The translations under genes were made by a program, and so were the position numbers. The notes beneath the pieces are model-generated. The model made no database searches. It was not told the origin of the DNA and was given only the letters and a program-made list of their open reading frames with translations. Below, piece after piece: positions 53,139-64,000 of a DNA stretch of 64,000 nt; position 1 is the first letter of the stretch, and the number at the start of each line of letters is the position of its first letter. Origin of the DNA: Octopus bimaculoides (Eukaryota); assembly GCF_001194135.2 (NCBI RefSeq), contig NC_068989.1, forward strand, positions 37,940,954 through 38,004,953. The letters are read 5' to 3'.

Positions 53139-54668
53139 TGACGTAAAAACCCATGTAACTTGCACACCTGTGTAATTTACGTAGGTAATTTTCAGGATAA
53201 AAATTGTTTAAAAAACAGGGCTTCAACTCACGTAAAATTCGCACCCAAAAGTTTCAGAATTGCTGATATGGCCAGGGGAAAAAGGTTTTCAATTTAGTTG
53301 TATTTAGCATAATTTCACTTACTTATGATTAGATTTTATTAAATTTTCATCAAATAAAAATAATTTCAGGTAGAAAGCTACTAGATTACGAAGTGTTTGT
53401 GTTGTTTATAATAAACTTTATTTTGTATTTCTTGCCCACAAGAGATTATGTCCTATCTTTAGCATACTTTTGTATATCTTCTCAAATCACAATCACAGGA
53501 AAAGTTCTTACCAACAAAAACAAAGATGATAAATACACACTAGTGTTGCAAGACAAGTTTAATTACCAATAAGCATCAACTTGGATGACACTTTACTCAA
53601 CCAACAGAGGAAGGTTACCGATCAAACTGATTATGTAAACAGAATTCTGATTGGCCGAAAGTGTCATCTTGTCTCAAGTTCTGATTTTCTGCATATCCTT
53701 GTCAGAACTTTTGATATGGAGTATCGAAATTTTCATCCCTTTTACACTTATAAAATGTCAAGCAAACTTTAAAATTTGTCATTACTGTTTTAGCCGGGAG
53801 ACCAAACTGATTGTTTGGTAAACTGCTAAAATAAACATTAAAAATCGAAAGGAGAAAATAAACAGCTTTGCAAGTTTAACTCAGTGTTTATTGAACAAGA
53901 GAGGTGCGAAATTTAAGAAGCAGCTTGTTAGAATATATACGTCTGTGAGAAGACATAAACAAGAATAGCAAAACTCTACCATACCAAAAGAACTGGTAAT
54001 ACCTACATTACGGGTGTTTCATGAAGACAACATAAGATTGCTGCATAATTCAACATGAATGTGAAATGACTTTAAACATCGTATAAGGTAAATGAAGGTT
54101 TCTGTAGGAACGCTAAGTTAGGAACGCTTAGTGAGTTTACATGCACAAGGATGAATTATGATGTTGTTGTCAGCATTAGGTGCAGTTAGAACTGATAGCA
54201 GTGATGTTGGCAGTGACGAATTTCATTGTCCTAATGTGGAGAAAGCAAGCAATAATTTCCTGGAGGCAAACGTAAGCTAGACTTCTTAAGCGGAGAAAAA
54301 CTGATCTATTTAAGGAAATTGCTGGGTTCCATTGCGATAGGTAGAAACTCCAAACAATGTAAACGTAAAATATGGCCTGGACCGTTATTACCAGCATGAA
54401 CGTCAAGCTTTAAAAAGTAGTTAGCTATTTAATGGTTTTAGTAAGTTCATACAGAAAAAGTAAGCATTATACCATCCAGCATAAATGACAGTCAACTTCA
54501 TTATATTATTTCTTAAAAACCTATTCTGACATTAAATGAGTCAACTTCTGATACGAATGTTCTAAAAAATATTCTGGAAACGATCTACTCATGTAATTTA
54601 TGCACCCACTAAAGTTTATTTTTGTTTTTGTGGAAAAAAATTGTGTAAATTACATTGGGTTTTTATGG
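53139..54668 (+). mobile_element. pogo/Tigger-like decayed DNA transposon with TIRs
   Basis: Left end (g)acgtaaaaacccatgtaacttgcacac; right end reverse complement is ccataaaaacccaatgtaatttacac, followed by TA. The left end abuts a gap and only weak transposase traces remain. Confidence 0.55.
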
Positions 54669-54713
54669 TATATATGTATATATATCTATCTATCTATGGT
54701 GGTTGTCTACTCC

Positions 54714-55340
54714 GAGTGACTAGACTATAGCCGACACTACCAGATATTTTAAGCATCTCTGTGGTGATTCCTGATGGGCCAGGGCTTTCCCTATCTTCAT
54801 ACCCTTAATTGCTTTATCTAACAAGATACTGTCAATTTGGATAGCTGGTCCCTCTGTTGGGTCGACATTTGGTAGACTTTCTTTCTCCCATTTATTCTCT
54901 TCATTTAGCAACCTTTCATAGTAGTGTCTCCAAGTCTCTTTCATTGTAGCCTCATTAAATGCAAGTGAACCATCATCCATGGGAACACATTTTATCACCT
55001 ATGACATCGCGATTCTCTCTCACACACTGTCTTGCAACACAAAACAATGCAGAAAATCTGGTCAGTAGCCCTCAACAGGTTGTCCTGTAGGAACCTCCAG
55101 TTATCTTCCACATCATATATCCCTCTCTATTTCGTCAAAAGCCTGAAGGAATATGTCTCTAAATCTCTGTCCATTTGCAGGATCCTGAAGCTTCCAAACC
55201 CTTCTTCTCCATGCTGGTTGTCTTCTGGACATCCATTTAACCCTGATCTTGAAGTCTGTAACTATTAATCTATGTTGTGGGGTATATTCTTCACCTGGGA
55301 AGGTTTTGGCCTTTATAAGTTGCCATCTGTCCCATTTCCC
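54714..55340 (-). mobile_element. RTE LINE internal fragment (EN end to RT start)
   Basis: KTFPGEEYTPQHRLIV.DF...RVWKLQDP / KETWRHYYERLLNEEN.W...VEGPA-like...GKAPGPSGITTEMLK. Confidence 0.9.
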
Positions 55341-55342
55341 AT

Positions 55343-55413
<71 letters not shown>

Positions 55414-55429
55414 TATATTTATATATATA

Positions 55430-56592
55430 CAGAGTGCGTAATGTATTTGAGGACAAATTTATGTTTATAAAAAAAACAGATATATAATAACAGATAATAA
55501 CTTTATTTATCAAAAATGCTATAAGGATATAAATAAACGTTCTTTTCTATAATATTATTCTATAAAGCCACCTTCAGCTACAACAACTGCTTCTATATGA
55601 GATCTAAACCATCTCCATGCTCTAATCAAGTAGTCCTAGTTCATTTTAGATATTACTCTGACTATCGCAGCTTTCAAAGAATCTTTGGTGTTATGGGCGT
55701 GTTCATTGACCTCTCTCTCAACAGCGCTTCACTGGTAATAGTCCAATGGATTGAGCTCTGGGGAATTAGGAGGCCAAATGTTAGGGGTTATGTGATCATG
55801 AAAACTTTCAGCCATCCATTCCTGTATTACTAGAGCTATGTGCGATAGTGCAGAGTCTTACTGAGACACATATGAACTTCCATTGCATACACTGTCTATT
55901 CAGGGCTTAACAATTATTTCCAGGACTCAATTTAGGTGGTAAAGTTAACTCTAAGGCCTTGTGGAAAGAAATAAGGAAGCATCACATGTCCTTCATTGCT
56001 GACAACCCCTAAAACCATGACAGTTGCAGGAAATTTTGTATGTATAACACTTGGAACTTCAGAAGTTTCTGCACATAACCATCTGTCATTTCTTCTGTTA
56101 ACTTTTTGATCTTGGTCGAAGTTTTTCTTGTTTGAGAAAAACCAAATCAAATCTTCTGCTGAATTTTTCAGTTTGTTTAGGAGTCTTTAAGATCTGATGT
56201 AGTGATTTTCTTTTGCTTTTACTGACAAATTGACCTTTCCTCATCATATATCACTTATATCTGATGTCTTCATGGACAACATTTCTGACACATGCAGATG
56301 TTTTGAAATTGACCTCATGGACGTTCTGCTTTGATACTGGTGATGTTTCCATCTTCAGTCTCTAGCTCCTTACAAACTCTGTATACGAAAGATCTGGCAA
56401 CTTTTAAAAACCGAGATATTTTTAAATCGCTATGCTTAGCCTTTATAACTACAATAACAACATGCCTCTTCATTTCTCGGGTAAGCTGAGGGTCTGCCAT
56501 TATTATTTTCTGAAACAAAGATTATACAGAGTTAGCAAAAAATACAGCAATGACCAAAAAAAGTTATGTCCTCAAATACCTTATGCACCCTG
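55430..56592 (-). mobile_element. maT (DD37D) IS630-Tc1-mariner element, both TIRs and TA TSDs, decayed
   Basis: TA|cagagtgcgtaatgtatttgaggaca ... tgtcctcaaataccttatgcaccctg|TA. Peptides FFSNKKNF, TKFPATVMVLGVVSNEG, and Q*DSALSH...WPPNSPELNPLDY, with exactly 37 residues counted between the 2nd and 3rd D. Confidence 0.93.
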
Positions 56593-56624
56593 TAAATATA
56601 TATATATACCTCCACCAACTATTC

Positions 56625-56875
56625 TGCCTGTATGTCTGTGCACACCTTTGAATGCAATGTATGCCAGAAGGTTTGCAAATCTAACAGAGAACTCAAAAGA
56701 CATTATAAGATCCACAAAGATCAGAACTTATCTGCAGCTCTTGATGGTCCAAATCGGATATGCAATCTATATGGGTGTCTTTTCAGAATATTGTCTGGTT
56801 TAAAAAGCCATGTTGGTTCTAAAGTATAAGTACAGGACGTCGTCAAACTCTGCATAAGGAGTAGACAACCACCAC
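56625..56875 (+). mobile_element. LINE 3' end encoding two C2H2-like fingers, with a short tail
   Basis: FECNVCQKVCKSNRELKRHYKIH ... ICNLYGCLFRILSGLKSHV*, then gtcgtcaaactctgcataaggagtagacaaccacca(TA)n. Confidence 0.6.
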
Positions 56876-56888
56876 TATATATATATAC

Positions 56889-56947
<59 letters not shown>

Positions 56948-57842
56948 CTTCTCTTATTTTCTTTCTGACTTTATTTTGTCGCTGTCTAAGGGAAACCCTG
57001 ATGAAACACCATTTTACATGAAGAAACCCCCTTTTCACATGTGTGGTTGCTTGTATATATGGCTATATGTGTCTCTGTGTATGTATGTGTTTGTATGTAT
57101 GTATATATGATTGTGTGTGTTGGGGTGTAGGTGTGTGTGCACATATAGATTTGCAGTCATACAAAAATAACTGTGACTTGGCCAGATAGTTTTGCTGTTG
57201 TATCAAGGGAATGTGTAGCCTATTACATTTCCATCTGATTATTGAACACTATCACAGAAGAGATTCTTCAAACTGCATGATATGGTGCCAGGAAGTTCTG
57301 TTATTCCTGTAGGGGCCTACCATTTCCAATGAACTATTGACTTATTAGAAGAGTCTACCAGCTTTGGTTGGCGCCATCTAGTCATGCCTCCATCTATACA
57401 TACAGACATACAACTAGTTAGCCATTCTATTTTGGTTCTCTTAATTCTAATGAGGTGTTCAAAAGAAACAAATATATACATATATGTGTGCATACTTATG
57501 TTTGGTTTCTAAGTGAAATACATACATTTATGTACATATGAGCATATGTGAAAAAAAAATTAATGATAAAAACACAGAGAGGGAGAAAGAGAGAGAATCA
57601 CATTACATAAACACACATGCATACATATATAAGAAGTAAAATACGCATACATAAACATACACACACACGCACACACACACACACAGAGTAGTGTGGTGGT
57701 GTATTTCAGTCTATAATCCAAATACTTTTTTTTTTTGGCATGTGTTATTATATCTTCTTCTCACTCTTGATCTAATTATAGATAGATAGATAGAGTGAAA
57801 GATATCAAACCCTATCAGACCAACACATACCATTCTTCACTA

Positions 57843-58260
57843 TCAAATAATTATATCATTGAAGTTAAGAGTTACATGCAATCCTTTCTTCTTTATATTT
57901 GATATATTTTTTTTTGTTCGGCCAGTCAGTAGTTTCAAGTTAGCTCGTATTAATGATGGAACAATGAGATATAGTGTTGGAGAAGGATTGGTGATGTTAC
58001 AATAGAGGACACTTGATGTATGATATACAAGAAAAGCAAAGGAGGCATATATAAACAGAAATCGGTACATAGGAGGAGTATTATTATAAATCACTCTGAC
58101 AAAGTAACAATGATAAACCCTATCACATCCAAGAACTGAAAAAGTTTGATGATTCATTGAAGATGGAGTGGTTGGGTCAAAAGGTTGGATACTGAACTCA
58201 ATAGTACTTGAGTCATTGAAATACAAAAGCTTTAGAGTAAGTTCTCTCAGACTATTGTAT
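57843..58260 (-). pseudogene. Stop-free frame, possibly a very decayed L2/CR1-type RT
   Basis: About 140 codons without a stop. Faint motif echoes in order: QPFD (KAFD), FLFIY (LLFxIY), VLYCNIT (LYADDT), ANLKLLTGRTK (NxLKLNxxKTK). The spacing is imperfect. Confidence 0.3.
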
Positions 58261-58438
58261 TTTTGTGGCATCTCATATATATGCATATGTGTGTGTGTGT
58301 GTGTATGCATGTATATGTATATAAAAGTATATATATGCATATGTGGATATATGTATTATATATATATATAATGTATGTACAATATATTACACACACACAC
58401 ATGCATATACATATAATGTATCTATCTATCTATCTATA

Positions 58439-58473
<35 letters not shown>

Positions 58474-58696
58474 CTCTGTGATTACTTAATGTAAATTATA
58501 TTGTTGTTTAACCCCAGGTTAAATCTGGTTGAGGAGACCTATAATCAAATGCATTCCAGTCAAGATCATCATGACTTTTTATATAGTTACTACAATGTCT
58601 AATCTATCTTTTGTTATTTAAAACAGTAGGGTGTAATCTAAGAAGGATTTGGCTGCTATTTTTAGTAGCCTGAAGTTTCCCCATTTGCTTTTCACA

Positions 58697-58792
58697 GTCA
58701 TTATCACTATAGTTTTCAGTAACGAAGCTGTTTGTTCATATCTACATTTTCTTAATGCTGATGTACTTCTCTGACAATACAAATGCTATCTG

Positions 58793-58834
<42 letters not shown>

Positions 58835-60188
58835 NNNNNNNNNNNNNNNNNNNNNNNNNNNNNNNNNNNNNNNNNNNNNNNNCTCTCCCTCTCTCTCTCT
58901 CTCCCTCTCCCTCTCTCTCTCCACAAAAAATACAGTGAAATTCAGAAAATTGCATGAATAATGCCTGATTAAGAAAATATCATAAATGATCAAGAACTGA
59001 AGACAGAAAATATCTGCAACAGTTTGCTAGAAGTAGTAGCTAACTTCTGTTATCAAGATGATGTAATCAATTCTAAAAATGAATAGAATTATAAAAGAAT
59101 ATCTTCAGAGAGAAAAAATTGTGTTTTATATGTTCATTTGGCAACAGAAATATATCTTATCTCGCTGAATGGCGGATTAGAATGTATATTATAACGTAAT
59201 ATAATATGCATGTATATTGGAAGCATTATATTGTGTTGAGAAATAAAATCAGAGAGAGTATACAATAAATGGAAATAAGGATTTAAGAAATAGGCTTGGA
59301 TATATAAAGTAAATTTATGAAAAATTGAAGAGCAAATCATCAAAATTAATGACATTATCGACTAATATGAATATATAAGAAAATTAGCTGATGTATGCAT
59401 ATATAATTAATTTACAGATTCAGAGAAGAAGTGGTATAAGTTGATAGTGAGGACTGCAAAAATAGTTTACAAGCAAGTAAGTGAGAATGAAACATAGAAA
59501 GAACCTATCAGATAAAATAATATTTTGAATTGAGATGTCTAGAAAGAGTTTGTATAGAAGTTAGATCTAATCAATGCCAACCTGAAAATCTAGATATTAA
59601 AGTAATATCTCACTAATGGGACCCGTGGAAATTCCAAAGAATGAAAAAAAATTAAGAGATGATATTTAAGAAAGAAAGGATCATTTGCACTTTTATTTTC
59701 CTTAGTTTTTTTTTACGTCCAGTCACAATAATATATTATATGATTTTAAAATTTCTCTTTGCTAAGCACTTTATATTTCTCACTTTCTCTCTACCTTTCC
59801 AACAATCTTTTTAACCATGTAATTCTCCTCTCCATGTCTTTAACGATTCTTTCTTTCTTTTCACCTCACACTTCCACTAACCACATGAGTGACAGCATAA
59901 TGCATCAGCTGGCTATCTGCTCTGTCACTCACTCCCACATTCCCTCTTCCTCTCTCTCATTCCACCTCCTCCTCTCTAACAAACTAAAGCATAAAAGTAA
60001 ATGAACAAGTAGAAGAATAATATTATAACTATAGTTCAATAAAAAATTTTCTTTTACTTTCCACACACCACTACTGTCATTATCACTATAGTTTTCAGTA
60101 AGAAAGCTGTTTGTTCATATCTACTTTTTCTTAATGTTGATGTACTTCTTCTCTGACCATACAAATGCTATCTGCCTCTCTCTCTCTC
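58697..60188. repeat. Dispersed direct repeat ~105 bp (58697-58800 and 60076-60188)
   Basis: gtcattatcactatagttttcagtaa...gctgtttgttcatatctac...tacaaatgctatctgcctctctc occurs twice, 1379 bp apart. Confidence 0.85.
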
Positions 60189-61692
60189 TTTCTCAATGTA
60201 ACTGTTTCTCCTGTCCATCTCTCTCTATCTGCCTTTTTTAACCTCACCACCAGAACATCACCCTCTGCTAAATATTGTATCTTAAACATATCTCTTTACC
60301 TTTCCTTCCCCACTCTGCAGCCTGTTTTTCAACACTTCACTTTCCCTCTTTTCTCTCATTATATTTTTCTCATGCTCTTCATCTCTCCCTTCAACTAACC
60401 ATGTGATGCATTTGACATTTTTCTCTATTTCTTCCTCACTTTTTTCTCTACATCTCACTATGCATCTTTTTCTACTTCTTCTTCACTTCTTTTTTCTCTA
60501 CTCACACTTCTTCTCTCTGTCTCTCTCACTTTCACTCTATCTGTCACTCCACCTCCACCTCTCTAACTAACTAAAGTATAACGAGTGAACGAACAAGCAG
60601 ATTATTATATAGATTATTTAAAGCAGACTTGCTAGTACTTGTCATTGATAGGCTTGAGTTATAACATGAATTTGTACAATCACACGTAGGGTTATTTTAA
60701 CGAACTATTTATAGTTAATATAATACACCATAAAGATGTTAGGATTAGGTCTGGGTTTGGTTGTTCTTTGATCAATCACACAAAACTTAGAAATATTTTA
60801 AAAATAGGTGACTGTGCTTCAGCTGTGTCTTTATAGTCACATTCTTTACAGTATTAATGAATGTCTGCCTTTCAGTACTATCTATTTTTGTCTGTTTCAT
60901 TAGTTAGTGACGTTTCCTCTCCTCAATATTTTTTGGCAGATTTTCTTTTAAATGATGCCAATATTCAGAAGTATATAATTAATTTGTCTTGCACCTGTTT
61001 TTCCATGCTTGCATGGGTTGGAAAAATATGCATTTTTTTAAAACACTAATTTCACCTAATCACATGATTTTTGTCTCATTGCATGATGAATGGTAGTTTG
61101 TACTTAACTATATAACTGTGAACAGGTGTGTGTTTATGATGTATGTACATATTCATGTATAACAACAGACAAAGGTACACACACATGCATCTACTTATGA
61201 CAACTTAAGATAAATTTAACGTAAGTAAACTACCATTGTGAAACTTTAAACAGAAGTAAATACATTTTGTTACTCTCTTTGTGCTCAAAAAATTAAAGGA
61301 GATTGTCTTGGCCGGTTTCACAGTTTGTTGGTCTCTTATCATACTCAAGTGGCCCTCATTCCTTTGCATATTTAAATCAATAAATCAATCACTAACTAGA
61401 ATGTACTTGTAATGGCAAGACAAAGTTGCATATCATACATTTGTGTATCTGATGGCAGAGTGATCGAATAATATATGATTTTGTGTGTGTGTGTTGATTT
61501 GTTTTAGCTCTAAAGAAGATATCTTATGTGGGTGTGGTTCCCTATATTTTCACTTGATAAAATTTAGTTATGAATGCTCCCAAATGCATATCTGAAACAG
61601 TTGCAAGCCTATAATAAATAAATAAAAGTGTGCAACCCCTTATTTCTGTCTATCTATCTATCTATATATATGTATATATATATCGGAAAATG

Positions 61693-62412
61693 AAAAATAA
61701 TAGTAATAATAATAAGGCAGAATGCTAAACTGAAAGCATATTTTAATATAGATGTGCATAAGGAGGATTAAAAAGGATTTCTTACCCGCTTTCATTGCAT
61801 GGCAAATTTTCAAGAAGAGGGGAAATGAAAATAATGTTTTTTTACAAAAATATAAAAAATACATAAAAAAATTAATATACCAATACATTATATTGTCTTT
61901 GAGTTTTTAAAGTTCAATGGTAATCCATCTAGATAATTGTTAGAAAGATTAGGATGCATGGAATTAAGAATCATATTGTGTTTAAAAAAGGCTGAGAGTT
62001 TGTGTTAAACAGGAAATATGTGTAAGGGAAGACAATTCAGTTTATGTCTGTTCTTAGAGAAACAAGACACACTTCCTGTTTTGACACCACACTTCCTGCT
62101 TAACACATTAACTCTCAGCCTTTTTTAAGCACAACACGGTTCTTAATTCCATGCACCCTAATCTATCTAACAATTATCTACATGGATTACCATTGAACTT
62201 TAAAAACTCAAAGACAATATAATGTTTAGGTATATTTATTTTTTTATATATTCTTTATATTTTTGTAAAAAACATTATTTTCATTTCCCCTTTTCTTGAA
62301 AATTTGCCATGCAATAAAAGCCAGTTAGAAATCCTTTTTAATCCTTATGCATATCTATATTAAAATATGCTTTCAGTTTAGCATTCTGCCTTATTATTAT
62401 TACTATTATTTT
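61693..62412. mobile_element. ~720-bp foldback/MITE with ~330-bp arms
   Basis: 61693-62022 is the reverse complement of 62088-62412 at roughly 90% identity by eye, with a ~65-nt loop. The ORF track shows the same peptide on both strands. Confidence 0.92.
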
Positions 62413-62639
62413 CCTATTATTTCTCCACATGCGGTTAACACAACTCCACTATTTNNNNNNNNNNNNNNNNNNNNNNNNNNNNNNNNNNNNNNNNNNNNNN
62501 NNNNNNNNNNNNNNNNNNNNNNNNNNNNNNNNNNNNNNNNNNNNNNNNNNNNNNNNNNNNNNNNNNNNNNNNNNNNNNNNNNNNNNNNNNNNNNNNNNNN
62601 TATATATATATGTATATATATGTATATATTTGAGTTATG

Positions 62640-62850
62640 GTGATAATAGATTGGCAGAATCCTTAAAGCATCAGAAAATTGTCTTTTGGTATTAAGTTAC
62701 AACTTTCCTGAGTTCAAATGCCACCATGGTCAACTTTGCCTTTCATTTTTCAGAGAATGATAAGACAAAGTATCTGTTAAGTACTGGGGTTGGTGTAATT
62801 GACTTTCCCCTGCCTTCAAAATTGCTGGTCTTGTACCAAGTTTAGGAATT
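62640..62850 (+). mobile_element. Degenerate tRNA-derived SINE (another copy at ~63590-63765)
   Basis: ggcagaatcc...ctgagttcaaatgccaccatggtcaactttgcctttcat...gtactggggttggtgtaattgact. Confidence 0.72.
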
Positions 62851-63536
62851 ATTATTATCAATATCATTATTATTATTACTACTACTACTACTACTACTTT
62901 TGTTTGATATCTTAATCTGTTTCTTGAAGTGAAGAATTTTTTCTCATACAACTGTATGGAAAACTGTTTTGTATTTTTAAACTTATTCATACATAGAAAA
63001 CTTCAAAGAGTCTGGAGAGTTTCCCCATTCAAGGTTTAGTCAAAAAAATGTGAGGTTATTTTTTTTTTATACAAATTATATTTTTTTCCACTCTGTCTAC
63101 ATACAGAAAATATAGCTACAATATTTCCCAGCCATGCCTTTCATAAAAAAAAAACAAAAAAAAAACAAATCAGAACTAAGATTATCACATACAGAAAACA
63201 CATGCAAAAAGAAAATGAACATGAAAATTACTTTACAGTAAGACACATAAGTCAAAGAAAATCGATGTCAATTCCCTTAAAACACCATTAGTATGAACAA
63301 TGTTAGCAATATTTTTTTCAAAAAAACACCAACGACAACACAGTATTCACACAAATGCATACAGTGTCAAGTGGAAAAAAAAAAAACTTTTGAGAATGGT
63401 AATTTTTCATGTTACCAGTGAAACTGAGATCTGAAAATACCAAACTTGATGAAAAAAGTAATGGTCTGGAAACATTATGTTAAGTCACAGTTTTCCCTTA
63501 TCTGAAATGTATATCCAAGGTTTAGTAAGGAGAAAA

Positions 63537-63572
<36 letters not shown>

Positions 63573-64000
63573 TACCATACCAAACAAAATGCTTATTGGG
63601 ATTTTTTCCAGCTGTTTACTTTTAGAGTTCAAATTCCACCGAGGTCAACTTTGCTTTCATCTTTTTGGAGTTGATAAAATTAGTGTCACATGAGAACTAT
63701 GGTTAATGTCATTGACTAACACTCTTGCCCAGAATTTTAATCTTTGTGCCTATGTTAGAAAGGTGTTTTTCTATTGTTATTATTATTATTATTGTTCAGT
63801 AGTTTTATTTTTATAAAGTGCTTTCACTTCACTACCGAGCGCAGCTCTGTGTGCCTTGGGTATGTGCTGTGGTTTGCTGTGATGCTCTTATGGTTACTGT
63901 ATTGAAAGTGTTTTGCGTAGGATGTGTGCAGTGTCCAGTAGTGCAATTTTCTATATGTTATATATATTTGTAAGTCCTGGTGTTTTTGTTATGTATTTGT

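Larger units (their letters stand above)
13280..62600. other. Assembly gaps: 13280-13372, 28458-28603, 29673-29719, 35451-35543, 45899-46691, 53121-53138, 58835-58882, 62455-62600
   Basis: N runs, mostly next to (TA)n or (CT)n tracts, which is typical of a short-read scaffold. Confidence 0.99.

Noticed and set aside
56632-56829. C2H2 fingers as a member of the cephalopod ZNF gene expansion
   Set aside because: No TGEKP linkers, the second finger is degenerate, and it is immediately followed by a LINE-like tail and microsatellite.
56985-57035. ctgatga...gaaa hammerhead-like spacing
   Set aside because: No stem III partner or NUH triplet and no proper stem I could be built.
138-63674. Numerous 60-160 aa ORFs rich in YI/HT/CV/RE or X
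   Set aside because: They are translations of (TA)n, (CA)n, (GA)n microsatellites or N-gaps, not genes.

Overview
AT-rich animal genomic DNA, rich in (TA)n/(CA)n/(CAT)n microsatellites, with 8 N-gaps. The SINE heads, RTE 3' tails and Helitron ends look like those I recall from octopod cephalopods (Octopus); this is inferred from memory, not searched. No host protein-coding exon, tRNA, rRNA or CRISPR array can be supported with confidence, and most ORFs in the supplied track are microsatellite or gap artefacts. The window is a transposon graveyard. It holds three mariner DD34D-type remnants (one full length with both TIRs), a TIR-complete DD37D maT element, a Tigger-like and a pogo-like non-autonomous element, and a Helitron. 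It also holds several RTE/BovB LINE fragments, many tRNA-derived SINEs, Penelope-like (PLE) RT and GIY-YIG remnants, and a probable Kolobok remnant (THAP plus a KolX/P2X7-ballast-like ORF). The most notable structures not shown by the ORF track are two complete type I hammerhead ribozyme folds (6648-6761 minus, with a ~90-nt hairpin as stem II; 27537-27598 plus, a variant core), four long foldback elements, and a compact Pol II promoter-like motif cluster at ~26.5 kb on the minus strand.
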